A DNA stretch of 64,000 nt from the human T2T-CHM13v2.0 reference genome, Homo sapiens. The notes beneath the pieces were generated by a model. The model was not told the origin of the DNA and searched no databases. It was given only the letters and a program-made list of their open reading frames with translations. Position numbers and translations under genes: made by a program. Numbering within the stretch: position 1 is the stretch's first letter; each line of letters begins with the position of its first letter. The stretch lies in NCBI RefSeq assembly GCF_009914755.1, contig NC_060937.1. One strand, 5' to 3'. This document shows positions 28,264 through 44,117 of the stretch, piece after piece.

Positions 28264-30151
28264 AGATAAAACTGGATGTTAGAGGAGCTTTACATTTTTG
28301 CCAGTTGCTGTATTTAAGATTGCTCATTTTAGATTTCAGAGTCCTAAAAACAAGTGAGGATAAACATCTTTTCATGAGTTTGTCAGCCATTTGAGTTTTC
28401 TCTTCTGAAATTACCTTTTCATATGCTTTTAAAACTGGGCTCTTTCTTACACATTCCTAGGGTTTCTTGATATGTTCTGAATGCTGCCTTGGTTGGCTGT
28501 ATGAATTCTGAATACTTTCTTCAGGCCTCTTGTGTTTTCATTTCATTTATGGTAGCTTTTGGCATACTACAGCTTTTAAATTGTAAAGTAGACCAGTGTG
28601 TGTTTTCTTTTCTAGTTTGTACCTTATGTTTCTTAATTTAAAATATTTTGCCACCCCAGTGCCAAAAAGGTATTCCTTCTGTATTTTGTGCAGAAAGATT
28701 TACAATTTCATGAATTCTATTTGAGTTCTTATTCCATTGCAAGTTTACGTTTGGTGTCAGGAAGGGGCCCTGTTCTGTCTCTTCCTTGTGTATAGCCCAT
28801 GTGCCCCTTCCCTCCCAATTTACCCATGTCTGCTGAATACCAGGTGCCCTTACACTGAGGATCCTATTTCTAGGCTCTTGTTCTCTTGGTCTATTTAAGT
28901 AACCCTAGATAAAGACCACACTGTTTTAGGTAGCCAAACTTTATAGTATGTCTTGAAATCTGATAGGACTTACGTTTCTTTAAAATTGCCTTGCCTTTTC
29001 TGGGTTTTTTATTTCTTTGTCTTTTAACTCTTAATTGTGATATACAACACAAACTAACTGTCACAAAGCCTTGCAAATCACTATAAAGCAAATATACCCA
29101 TAATCCACCATGCAGGTACAGACCATGCCTGGCCAGCCCCGCAGCCCATGGTGCCCCCCTTCCTTCCCACCTCTCTTCCTCCTTCCCACCTCCCTCCTGT
29201 GACCCCTTCCCCTTCTTTCTCCCTCCCTTCTGTGACCCCTCCTAGCACACATAGTCATCATCTTTGCGCTTTCCTGTCTCGTTTTACTGCTTAGTGTGTG
29301 GTTTAGGTTCATTCATTCACAGAAGTGGAATCGTGTTTTCAGGCTTTGGGTCTGGCTTCTTTCTCCCAACATGGTGTTTTTAAAATGCAAACCTTAAATA
29401 TTCCGCATGAATTTGAGGCTTGGCATTTACATTCCAACAAAACACCCTGTTAAGATTTTATTTTGAATGATATTTAATTTATGTATTAATTTGATGAAAA
29501 TTGGTATCTTAAAAGTTTTGCATCTTCCTATTCGTGGAACTGGTATCTTTATTATCACTAGGGTTGGTTTTGAAAAAATATCCCTTATTATCTTTTTCTT
29601 TTTTTTCTGTCAAGGCCTTATATATATATTATTTATTTATTCCCAATTATCTTACAGTTTTTCTTGCTGTTATTTGCTAACAGTTTATTTTTTCTTTCTA
29701 AACAGTCTGTATTTTATCCCTGGTTGCTTTTAAGGATTTCTTTCTTTTGTTTCACCACAGTGGATCTAGATGTAAATTTCGTTTTAGCATTCTTTTAGGG
29801 ACTCTTGCCCTTTCATCCTAAGGATTTATATTCTTTCTTTATTCTAGAAAACTCTCAGCTGTTTATCTCTTTAAATATAATATCCTTTCCCCCATATTCC
29901 CTCTGTTGTCTTCTTCTGGAACCCCTATGCTGACAGCCGCATGAGATGCACATAATCTGCCTGTGCAGAGGCCTTGGCCTTCCCGACCCACATGGACCCT
30001 CCTTGGTTCATGCCCTACACAGCTTTTCCCTTCTCTCTGTGGAGGGGAGAAAGGGTACATGGAGCATGAGGAGGAACTGGGGTGCCTCTTACCCAGACTT
30101 AAGTAACCCTCTACTTCTCTCCTCCTTCCACAGGGCCTAGACCCTCTAGTC

Positions 30152-30743
<592 letters not shown>

Positions 30744-31029
30744 TGAGTCCCACAGGACTCTCTGCAGGCATTTGGACTTATATGCTGCTTATATGCAGAG
30801 TGGTTTATAATCACTTGATAAGCTTTCTATTTTGTTAGCATGGTTCAGGATTAGTTTCTGGTTTCATGGACCTTGGAGTTTGTTTCTGTTTTCATTTTCT
30901 TTGTCTTGTACTATTTTTGAGTAAAGGGGCACAGAAATTATTTGAAACCAGAAGTTGTCCACCATTCACTCTTCAGCCTACTACAGTCTGTCTTTGGTAC
31001 CAAAACTGTTCTTGTAAACACCTTGTTTA

Positions 31030-31800
31030 TCAAACACCTCCATTTGCAACATCCAGTGGCTAGTTCTGTCTTACTTATCAGCTGCATTAGATATAGCTGA
31101 CCATCCCTATTTTAAAACACTTCTTAGCTTCAGTGATAACTAAACTCTATTTCCCTTCTCTTCACTGGCAGCCCTGTCTCAGATTTCCTTACTGGCGTTT
31201 CCTACTCTGTCTGTCCATAGAATATTTGTGCACTCCTGGATTCAGTCCTTAGTCCTGTTCTCTCTTCTGCTGTGTCTCCTCCTCCCCCCCATTTTATCTC
31301 CTCTAGTCCTGTTACCCTAAATGTCATATCATATCCAGTGACTCTGAAATCCTTATCTCGACCTTTTCCTTGAGTTCTAGAATTACATAGCCACCTGCCC
31401 ACTCAGTAGCCCCCCAAGATATCTAATAGACACTCCCAAGCTCGGGCTGCGCAGCATCTGCTGCTTTCTCTGCCCAAAATGTTATTTCCCCAGTTCATCA
31501 AGTCACGGGCACCGCATCATCCTTAAGATCTTCGCTCAAGTATCACTTTCTCTGAGGGCTCTCCTGATGTCCCCCGCTGCCCCCAGAGTAGGTTCGTGCC
31601 CCATGTCACTTTATTTCCTTCCCAGAACTTGCCAGAAATAGTTTTATGTGTTGACTTGATTACTGCCTGTTCTCCACATTGACTGCTATAAGCCCTGTGA
31701 GAGTGGGGCCTTGCTTATCTTGTTCTTTGCTGTATTCTAAGTTCCCAGAACAGTGCCTGGTGTGTAGCACAGTCTCAAAGAATTCTTGCCAATTCATCAA
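31030..31800 (+). mobile_element. L2 remnant (approximate bounds)
   Basis: Pyrimidine-rich L2-like body ending cccagaacagtgcctggtgtgtagcacagtctcaa. Confidence 0.65.
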
Positions 31801-32588
31801 TTTAAATTTTATTTTTAAACATTGAAGTATACTTTTCTCATATTAGAAAGTTGTCAAATATGTTCTAATCTGATCTTCTAATCCTAAGAATCAAATTCAC
31901 ATCAAGATTTTTTTTTTTTTTACAAAGGAATAGCCATAGTCATTTTTAACTAGAAAATCATAGGAAGCCTTGAGACTTCTGTAACCATACATTATAAATG
32001 ACCTTCAAGATGAAGACAAGGTTGGTTTATAAATGGAACTAATATTGGTGAGGATTTTAAATGTCTAGAAAAATCAGTAGTTGAAAAACTGATTAAAACA
32101 CTATGTAAATAAAAACCAAGATTTTAGATTGTGTTTATTCTCTGATAAATTGATCGTGTGACTGGGTCAGCTGAGACATGGCAGTTGTTTTCTGCTGGTG
32201 TCTCTGTGATGGCCATCTGCCAACAAAGGTAACCGCAGAGTCAGTACAGTGTGAAAGTGTTTCAATAATCAGATCTTTTACGGCTTTTTAAAAAATGAAG
32301 ACAGTGTCTTGACAATCTTTTACCAGCACTTTGAATACTAAATGATTAGAATTTTGCTAGCTCTTCTAATTCAATAAAAAACAATTTTGTTTTACTAAGT
32401 TCAATTTTGTGTTGATTTGCACTGCTTAGTGTTCTGCAGTGTGGTAGAGGATTTTGCTTATTGCCTAACACTGCTATGACTAAGAAAAATACCGTGTGCA
32501 GTGTCTGGAGGCTGCTGATTTTTGAGTCGTGTACATTTTTTAAAATAATACTACATTTAAACAATCACATTGGACGTTTTTCTTCTAG

Positions 32589-32834
32589 ATGTCCGGTCTG
32601 TGCTACGACAGCAAAATGTTCCAGGTGCATCAGGTGCTCTGCATCCCCAGCTGGATGGCAAAATTCTTTTCTTGGACACTTGAACCCATCTTCTCTTCTT
32701 CAGAACCCACCAGCGAAGCCAGAATTGGGATGGGAGCCACGCTGGACATCCAGAGACAGCAGAGAATGGAGCTGCTGGACCGGCAGCTGATGTTCTCTCA
32801 GTTTGCACAAGGGAGGCGACAGAGACAGCAGCAG
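32589..32834 (+). CDS. UBAC2: UBAC2 coding exon (probably exon 7), 246 nt: MSGLCYDSKMFQVHQVLCIPSWMAKFFSWTLEPIFSSSEPTSEARIGMGATLDIQRQQRMELLDRQLMFSQFAQGRRQRQQQ
   Basis: tttttcttctAG acceptor ending 32588; donor CAG|gtaaaa at 32835; first 82 aa of ORF 32589..32912 match the recalled UBAC2 protein. Confidence 0.97.
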
Positions 32835-34544
32835 GTAAAAGTGATAATAATCACTAAAAATTTAGAAATTCTCAGTGGCCCAAGCAAATCTTTCCTCTGT
32901 GATTGCATGTGAGATAGAGACTACATTTTATTCCAGTGCCTTGCAAGTGGATTTTGACATTTCCAAAGAGATTGTAGGTCTCTGTTAGTGGCCATTCTTA
33001 GTTTTTTAAAAAGGTAAAAAATAAATTGCAGCTGAAAGATTGGTCAAACTGGACATTCTTGTTCCACCTATATTAGATAAGCATGACTTCTTAGAGAAAC
33101 ACCAACCTAGTTAACAAGATGTGCTATTTATCTGTTTTTATAATCTTGTAAAAGCCACAGTGTCTTCCTGTTAAAATGCTAATCATATGCTATGGAGTGA
33201 AGAACAAATGTAAAATTTCTTGATTTTCCTTGGTTGAAATGAAGAGAATATGAAGGCAAGAAGATTTTCAGTGGAACAACCAAGGAGTAGATAAAAAAAA
33301 ATGCTGTGTTTTCTCAACCTTGCTATCAATAATCAGAAATTATTGCACATTTGTCTACAAATTCTGCATCCAAACAATCTGATACTACATTTGTCTTCCA
33401 TGGGCAGTGAGAGAAGGAGGGTTAGTGCACATCAGGCTAAAACCTCAGGCCTGATCTTTCTTGGACACTTCTGTGAGCCAGCCCACAGGGCTCCCCATTT
33501 TTCGCCTCCACCTTCTTTACCCCTGGGGTAGTTGTAAACCGTACAGTTACCTCTGCCATCTCTCTGTCTTCCACTAGCATTGGATGCAAGAAGTAGGTCT
33601 GCAGATCTCACGATGGTTTGGAGAAGTGAAATCAGGTTTGAGGTCCTTAGAGTCCCATTGGAGATGCAGGTCCCAGAGTTTATATCAGGGGGGGGAGGAA
33701 GGGGGCAGCTTATTAGGGGCAGAGTCTACAAGAGAAATAGAGAAGCAAAAGTTGTTTCTTAAAGATGTGCTTGAATTTGAGTGACTCTGGAACATGCCAT
33801 AAAGATGCCCATGGTGTATTTAAAGCTGGAGGATGGACATCTCTGTCTTGGAAATGTGGAAGCTACATATATATATAGGTGATGGAGTCACCTCTGTAGG
33901 GATGAGAGCTGAGAGCCGAAAGCAAAGAAGTAGTAAGTTCTGTAAGAGAAGAGCTACATCCAAGATGAACACAGGCTACAGATGAAGCCTCGTATTTAGC
34001 AGGAGGTAAATCCTTCAAGGAAACTGAGAGAAGAGCGAAAGGTATGAGAAATCAGAATGATCAAGGTCAGAAAAACTGAGTAGTGATTGAGTATAAAGGT
34101 AGAGGCACAGAGCTTATGAGGGAGAGAAAGAAGTAGGGGATGGTTCTGATGTTTCTGGCCTAGATAATCTTAGATAGATGACTGATAGTTCCATTTCACC
34201 AATATCAAAAGAGCAGATTTGGGGGAAATATGTTGTCTGAGATACCTTTGGAATCCTGGGAGGAGATTCTCCATTGGAGAGCTTTGAATTTGTCCTCATA
34301 AGCAAACCAGAGAAGTTGCATTTCTCAGATTGGCCTCCCCAGGAAGATTTTTATACAAAGAGTTTATGAGAGAACACCGTCAGCATCAGTATCTATGGGG
34401 GCGGGCTGGCGAAGGCAGCAAGATGGGACAGAGGGAGCAGCTGCAGTTCCAGCAAAAGCCTCGCTGGTCTTATGGAGCACAGTGAAGCTGGGAGAGCCCT
34501 TCTGAGTTGTCCCAAAATGGGGACCAGTCCTGTTGGGTAAGTCC

Positions 34545-34682
34545 CATGCGTACGACCTCTTTGAACCTTAATTACCTCCTTAAAGTCCCTACCTTTAAAT
34601 ACAGTCACATCGTAGGGTTAGGGCTTCAGCGTGTGAATTTGGGGCAGGGGCAAGGGGTGGGAGACAGTGTGTTCCATAACAC
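34545..34682 (-). mobile_element. MLT1A/B-type LTR fragment
   Basis: accttaattacctccttaaag...aaatacagtcacat...gggttagggcttcagcgtgtgaatttgggg. Confidence 0.7.
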
Positions 34683-34699
34683 TGCAGAGTGGAAAGGGC

Positions 34700-35950
34700 C
34701 CAGCATAGTCTCGGCGCTGAGTGACTGTTCTGCTTGCAGACGGTAGTTATCAGGCACACACAGTCTCTGTGGATGCCAGGTTGGATGCTCCATAGTGGCA
34801 GGAGATAGGTCGGCCTAGGTGAGGGGGACCCACACATTCCTCTGTGCTACCACCATGGCCATCCATTCGTGTGCCAGCGCTGGGTTATCTGGTGATGGAG
34901 CCACAGTCATTCTGTCCACCTTCCATTTGGTGCCTTTTCTGTGGTGGATGCCCGTGGTGGGCACGACCTGCAAGACACTTGATGCTGTTCCTTTAGCTGG
35001 ATCCTCCTTGTTCCCTCCCTTCCAGTCCCCTGACCGACCAACCAGGTGATCTGCCATGCCCAGCAGATCCACACGTGTAATTGCCTCAGGCCACTTCTCT
35101 TCACACAGAGTTGATGACCAAATGTGCTGCCCAGGCTCTGCCCATAGGGGGTTCCCCTGATCGCTGTCTTTCAAGATTGAGCCATCATGCAGCCGTTTCT
35201 TTCAGCTGCCACTCATGTCCTGAGCCAGCCTGTCCATTTGGCTGTTTTCCCCTCTGTCACTTGGTCATGAGGGGCCCACCAGCTGTGGTAGTCGGTGTTA
35301 GCTGGGAAGAGGCTGTGGTGCAGCAGAGGTGGCTGCCAGGGTGGTCTGGCATGCCTGCTTCTGCAGCTCACCCATGCCCTGCAGCCCCACCTATGCTGAG
35401 CCCAGATGCCCGTGTCCATCTGATGATGGGTTTCTGTCGGCCCACCTGGCTTGGTAACTTGGTGGGTCTCCACTGCTGACCACATGCTCACTTTGTGGCC
35501 TACAGACAGGCACTTCATGGTGCAGCAGCAGTTTATGCAAGTGGGATTCTTGGCTGTTTGCGCACGCCCTCGCTCCAGGATTCTACGGACCCCCATTGTG
35601 GTTCTCCTTTCCTGCCTTGCTGTAAACTCCGCACGGTGTCTTTCCCCCCAGATACTTGGAACATCACGGGATCTGCCAGGTTGTACCCAGGCCTCAGGGA
35701 ATGAGACAGACCCAAACCCCTGCCCTGCTGGAGCGTGCATTCCCACCAGGTGCCTGTGAAGTGGCACAGGCCTTTATGGCTGTCTACACTGCTGTCAGAC
35801 TCCTCCACTTTCATAGGATGGTCTCACTAACAGATCTGAAGTCCAGAGCAGGACACCAGCCCCTGGGCTCTTGCTGGGCTTTTACGTTGAGTGGTCTGCT
35901 GGGCAGCACAGACCAGACTCTTGATTTTTTCCTAAGCTTCCTAAGTTCTC
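34700..35950 (-). mobile_element. ERVL-class internal pol remnant (RT-connection/RNase H/integrase start), frameshifted
   Basis: Minus-strand peptides LWAEP..EEKWPEA...LVGRSGDWK, VGHKVSM and LAHEW resemble HERV-L motifs QWAEL..EKWPD...AGWSGTWK, MGHQVTM and WAHEQ. Confidence 0.72.
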
Positions 35951-37699
35951 TTCTAGGGTCCGCACATGGGTACACCCAAACCTGAGCACTTAGCCTCCTG
36001 CTGAACTTCTTCACTCAGCTGTGTCTCAGTTTTCTTCACATAAGTATGATAAATCACCACGTAGAGAACTCTTTTGTTAAACCACCACTGGAAATTATCT
36101 GCCGTATTTGTGTGCATGCACGAGTACCGTACAGGGTGCAGTTGTATTGGAATGTAATACCAGGAGAAAAGTTTATTTTCATTTACTTTTCAACAAATAA
36201 GTACTTAGTGCTTATTATATGGTAGGCCTAGAGCTGGACATTGAGGACACAGGTGTAAAAAAGATAGCCCCCAGTCCTTTTTCTTATGGAGCTTAGGTCC
36301 TATCTCTCTTGCAGAATTAGCATGTTTCACTCTTTATCAGTAAGAAGACCACCACCATTTATTTTGCCAGTCCTATAGTAAGTACTCAGTATATGTTATC
36401 TCATTTATGCCCGGTGTACGCCTAGAGAGATGCAGGTATTCCCTCATGACCCCGGAGGCTCAGGGGAGTGCTTGCTTGTCCAGGGGCATGCAGCTGTTGA
36501 TGGGGATCTGGGAGTGAGACCCAGCTGTGTCTGACTCTGAGGTCTCTGTTTCTGATCCCTAACTCATATACCTCCCAATATGAGAGCTCCTTGGTGATTT
36601 GTTTTCCCCCTTTTCACTTTGGCTGGCAGGAAACTCAGTGCCAGGCTTCAGGTTTAATTAGGGTTAAGTTAGAACTTTTGCTTCCATCTTCTTCTTTATG
36701 TTTCAAATACATGTTTTTGTTGTTTGCTCCTGTATCTTTTATTGTAGGCAATCTCATGCTGTGTATTTCATTTAAAATACAACTGTTATTTATTTAAAAA
36801 CTTGATTTTTAGATGCTTTTCATAGAATCTGAGTTTATTTAGTCAGAAAGTCATTTTTTTTCAGTTACTAACTGCTGTATGTTACACATGATCTGTCTGC
36901 AGTTTTTCATTTCAGGTATTCCAAAATAACACTCAAGTCTTGATTCAGTGTTGTATTTCTTTAGATTTCTCTTGCCTGCTTATGCCAGAGTTCATCCTGC
37001 CATCTGGCAGGTGCTCGCTGCCACCCCCTGCCACGTGCTCCTCGTGTGGCTCTGGGGGCACAGTTAGACAGTTAGACTGCTTGGGAAGCTCTCTGACCAA
37101 TACTGGTGGCTTCGCTGTGGGCACAAAATAAATGAAGAACATGTCCTTTCCCTCCGTGAGTTTGTGGCCAACTTCAGGGAGCTCAGGCAGTTGTGGTTGA
37201 AATAGATGAGCATCCAAGAAACAAGGAAATATTTACTGAAGCACCCATGCAGTGAAAATCTGAGGAGAGAGCCACTGGTGTGGACTGATGCTGCCAAAAA
37301 AGATTTCAGGAAGTAGAAGGACGGGTGGAATTTGGATGGGTGGAGAGGGTAAGGCACATCATTCCAGAGGAGAGGACCAGCAAGAGTGAGGCATGGAGGT
37401 GCTAATGAGACCTTAAAAAGGAGAGACCTCCAGGAGCCCTGTGATTGACATGTGGGCAGATATGTAGTGAGAAATGGGAAATGATATAGTAACTGATAAT
37501 GGAGGGAGGTAGTTTAAGCCTGACAATAGATTTCGGCTTGGACATTGGCTGTGAAAAATTGTTTATTCAGTAACAAAGATAGGACAGTTATCTCAGAAAA
37601 ATGTCATTTTATTGCACAGTGTAAGATGGACGGGGGAAAGGAGAAACCACAGAGGAGGAGACAAATAGAAGGAGGTTTCTAAAGCCCGGCTCTCAGAGG

Positions 37700-39180
<1,481 letters not shown>

Positions 39181-39259
39181 AATATGAGCATAATAAATAG
39201 ATACAGAAAGACTTTAAGCAAGCTGAACACAGATGAATAATCAGGGCTGGAAACATCTA

Positions 39260-39398
<139 letters not shown>

Positions 39399-40879
39399 GA
39401 TCTACGGATACTCTTGAGAGAACAGTAGAAAGCAAGACCCATGTCTAGAGAGTGCAAAGAGGGAAAAAAAAGAACCCCCAGGGACCAAGGAGAAAACCAG
39501 TTCAGTGGCCAGGGAGCCTGCGGAGTAGAATGTTTCAGGAAGAGTAGGTGTTTCAGGAACAGATTCAGACGTTACTATCCCCGGGCGCCCCCCCCCGCCC
39601 AGGAAAAAAAAGGCAAGTGAAGATGATACTGGAAGACCACCACTGGATTCAGCAGAATGAGTTCACTTTTGAAAGGGGCTTCGGTGGAGAGATGGGGATG
39701 AGAAGCGCTGCATGAGCTGGAAGTGGGGGAAGGTCAATATCACTCTGTTCTGACTGGCTGCCCTCATTCTGGGACATCACTGTGGTCACGCTGGTCCCCG
39801 TTCAAGTTACTTTCACTCTGTGAGAAAGTCAATATGATCTTATGCTCCTGAAGCATTTTTAGTCCACTGTGTGGCATATTCCCATTCCACAGCTCTGATG
39901 AACAGTGACCAGGGTGATGGCTCTATAGATCTCACTTCAACTGAGACATGAGACCTAGGTGCTGACAGGGGCAGGGTACAGTGGTCCCATGCTCATCATT
40001 AAGCACAGGCATGTGATAACGTCATCTAGTGTGCTTTGACCTCCTACAGATCTTTCTGGACATTTCCCGCCAGCACTGACTATCCAGAGGCCTTTGGAGG
40101 CTTGTCTCATGGGCCTGTGGCAGTGAAGATGGAGTGGGCTGCAGAGTATTAGCTGCAGCCTGTGGTGCCCACTTCTTATCTCCCTCCACATCCACAGCTG
40201 TCCCATTCTTTTGTAAACTCGGGACACTATGCTGGACACACATAAGCTGCTCTCAGTAGTTCCTTGCCCGCTGACTCACTCTTGTCTCCCAGCAGAGCTG
40301 CCTTCTCCAAAGCAGGTGGCATCTCAGAGTCATTTTGCTACTTGCAGCTGTGATCATCTTTACACTGCCAGGGCCATTACATAACTTTTCATGGGTTTGT
40401 GTTTTGTTCATCCCCAGTAGAATATGAGCTCTTGGAGGACAGGAGCTGTTGTACTTCTTTGTCTTTTGGCTCTAATGCAGTGTACTGCCCTGAGGGATTA
40501 AATAAGACGCCGCCTGCGCCTTCAAGAAGTTTGCAGCCAGCGAGGGGAAGACATGAGGCTGTACTAGGCACTAGGTTTCTACAGGAGTCTGTGCAAAGAG
40601 AAGAAAAAAGAACCCTGAGCCTAAACAGTGGGTGTGGCCAGTTCTCCCTAAGGGATACAGCGAGGGTAATCTTGAGGCCAGCATTGGGGCAGGTGTTTCA
40701 GTCACGGGGGGCCTTATGAAAAAACGCACAGGGGCTCAAAACAGCTGTGGGGACAGCAAGGAATTGCATTCGCCTGAGATTGAGGTTCCTATAAGAAAGA
40801 GGCAATGAAAGACATGGTTGGGAAGAGAGCAGAGGCCAGGACGGGTCTTCTACCAAACTAAGAATTGCTGTTGTGTTCA

Positions 40880-41250
<371 letters not shown>

Positions 41251-41523
41251 GGTGACACTAGAGGAAGAAGACCAGGTGGGAGACAGTGAAAATTCTGTGT
41301 GCTCAGGATATTGTTGGTGATGAGCTAGAGCATGCTTAGCTCATCACAGTGAAGGACGAGGGCAGGCTTTGCAGAGCCTCCTTGTCTTCAGACCTCCAGA
41401 TCAATTACTGGAGTCTCCTGTAGTAATGATCATCCGAATGGTGCCTGTGCAACCTGAGTCTCCACAGCTTCACGGTGCATGTCTCCCTCCCTTTGCTCGC
41501 TGTAGCAAAGAAGCTCTGTGTGC

Positions 41524-43285
41524 TGTGATGAGAAAGATGTATCTGTTCTCTACCACTGGCCCCTGACACACAGCACCTAAAGCCCTTGGAATCTCCACAG
41601 TGAGCATAGGGTCCAGCCCTACAGGGCTTAGCAGGTGTTCTCCCCATGTGCGGAGATGAGATTGTAATAAATAAAGACACAAGACAAAGAGATAAAGAGA
41701 AAACAGCTGGGCCCGAGGGACCACTGCCATCAAGATGCGGAGACCAGTAGTGGCCCTGAACGGCTGGGTGCGCTGATATTTATTGCATACAAGACCGGGG
41801 GTCAGGGTAAGGAGGGTGAATCTTCTAAGTGATTGACAAGGTGAAGCAAGTCACGTAATCACAGGACAGGGGGGCCCTTCCCTCTTAGGTAGCCGAAGCT
41901 GAGAGAGAGAAGGCACCATACGTCAGCGTTTTCTTCTATGCACTTATAAGAAAGATCAAAGACTTTAAGACTTTTACTATTTCTTCTACTGCTATCTACT
42001 ACGAACTTCAAAGAGGAACCAGGAGTACGGGAGGAACATGAAAGTGGACAAGGAGCGTGACCGTTGAAGCACAGCATCACAGGGAGGGGTTTAGGACTTC
42101 GGATGACTGCGGGCAGACTGGGATAATATCCAGCCTCCCACAAGAAGGTGGTGGAGCAGAGTGTTCCCTGACTCCTCCAACGAAAGGAGACTCCCTTTCG
42201 CGGTCTGCTAAGTAATGGGTGTCTTCGCAGACACTGGCATTACCGCTTGACCAAGGAGCCCTCATGCCGGCGTGACAGAGGGCTCACCTCTTGCCTTCTA
42301 GGTCACTTCTCACAATGTCCCTTCAGCACCTGACCCTATGCCCGCCGGTTATTCCTAGGTTATATTAGTAATGCAACAAAGAGTAATATTAAAAGCTAAT
42401 GATTCATGATGTTTATAATGATTGATAATGTCCATGATCATCTCTATATCTAATTTGTATTATGACTACTCTTACTCTATTTTCTTTTTTATACTGAAAC
42501 AGTTGTGCCTTCAGTTTCTTACCTCGGCACCTAGGTAATCCTTCGCCCACAGTGAGAAGTGTCTTTTCACATGGATGACTGATGTCCAGGCTCTCCTGGA
42601 TAGCCTCAGATGGGGGCTGGTTACCAGGGGAACTAATAAGTGATTAGAGGGTTGAGACTTTCAGCCCCACCCCCAACCTCTGTGATTAGGGAGAGGGGTT
42701 GAGTTGATCACCAATGGCCAGTGATATAATCAATTATATCTACATAATGAAGCTTCCATAAAACCCCCAAAGGACAGGGTTTAGAGAACTTCCAGATTGC
42801 TGAATATGTGCTGGAGCAGGGTGCAGGGGGTGCCAGAGAGGGGCAGGGGCCATGCCCCATGCCTTGCCCTGTGCATCTCTTCCATCTGACTGTTCATCTG
42901 TATCCCTTGCAATATCCTTTCTAATAAATGGGTAGATGTCAGTGTTTCCCTGAGTTCTGTGAGCCATCCTAGCAAATTAACTGAACCCAAGGAGTGGACC
43001 ACGGGAACCCTCATTTATAGCACGTTGGTTAGAACCGCAGGTTAGGTCTGGCGATTGCCATCTGAAGTAGGGGAGCAGTCTTGTGGGAGTGGGCCCTTAA
43101 CCTGTGGGCTCTGATGTTATCTCCTGGGAGACAGTGTGGGGATTGAGTTAAATTATAGGACACCCTGCTGGTGTCCACTGGAGCACTGCTTGGGGTATGA
43201 AGCCCCCCAGCACATCTGGTGTCAGAATATTGTGTTGAGTCGTGTGTGAGTGTAGAAAGGAAGAAAACAGTGTTGTTTTTCTTCA
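41524..43285 (+). mobile_element. MER21-family LTR, split by the LTR13 insertion
   Basis: 5' part tgtgatgag...cctaaagcccttggaatctcc; 3' part gattagagggttgagactttcagcccc...tttccctgagttctgtgagcc...ggtgtcagaa. Confidence 0.8.
41605..42551 (-). mobile_element. Solo ERVK LTR (LTR13/LTR13A-like), about 947 bp
   Basis: Minus strand starts TGTGGGCGAAGGATTACCTAGGTGCCGAGG and ends ...TGTAGGGCTGGACCCTA; GTGAG direct repeat at 41600-41604 and 42552-42556; minus-strand AATAAA at 41779-41784. Confidence 0.85.
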
Positions 43286-43578
43286 GAGCCATGCTCACAA
43301 TAGAAAGCAGCGTAATATAATGAAAAGAACAAGAATGGGCAGTTAGGGACTCAATCCTGGGTTGACAGGGACATCTATACACAATCTGTAGAATACTGTT
43401 GTCATTGGGGATAAAAAAAATTATACAAAATTACCTTAGGTACCAGAGGCTCTATCAGATATTAGTTATTATCATAGTATTGGGCATCTGTTTTTGTGGC
43501 TCTCAGGAAGTTTGAGAGAGTCCTAATTTAGGAGCCAACCTTGATAGTTATTACTCGTAAAAGCTTGTAACCTCTAGA

Positions 43579-43770
43579 GCAACAGTCAGCAGGTGATGGC
43601 CTGTGGGCCAAACTACCTGTTTTTGTACAATCTGAAGCTAGGAACAGGTTTTACATTTTAAATGGTTATATAGGTAACTACATAGTATCTTTGATCTCTT
43701 GCCTCTTTATCTTCCAAACCTAAAATGTTTACCACCTGGCCCTTTACAGAAAAATATTTGCCAGTCCCTG
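43579..43770 (+). mobile_element. MER58A hAT MITE
   Basis: ggcctgtgggccaaa...cctaaaatgtttaccacctggccctttacagaaaaatatttgccagtccctg. Confidence 0.82.
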
Positions 43771-44117
43771 CTGTAGAAGGTTATATAGCCAGCAGCTTTC
43801 AAAGTAACCTTTTACCTGGAAATGTGAATTCTCTCTTAGTTCTGGTCATCTGTTATTTGTGGGAGCCAATCCTCTCTCTGTTGGCTGATGATGAGAATTC
43901 TGTTATATACCACAACACAAACTTGGGGATAAAACTTTCCATTAGGCATTTCTGTAAAATTTCCATCTATTTTAGAAGCAGAACTAAGGTGAAGCCCAGT
44001 GTGAATGAATCCTGCTTGTTGGTACAAGCCAAGTGGGACATTTGGCAGCAAAGCCCAGGAGTCCTTGGTGCTCTTCTTTTAACTGCCTCCTCATCTCATT
44101 GGGCTGCCCGGTGTTAA
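43725..44117 (+). other. FKSG29: 130-codon single-exon ORF, probably the uncharacterised FKSG29 transcript; protein-coding status doubtful
   Basis: ORF seen in sequence (ATG inside MER58A); the name comes from recalled annotation placing FKSG29 a few kb upstream of MIR623; no recognisable domain. Confidence 0.5.

Noticed and set aside
29155-29242. Pyrimidine tract with duplicated ctgtgacccct
   Set aside because: Low-complexity local duplication within old L1-like sequence; no clean mirror repeat.
32835-32912. C-terminal extension VKVIIITKNL... of ORF 32589..32912
   Set aside because: Intronic read-through past the CAG|gtaaaa donor; not part of canonical UBAC2.
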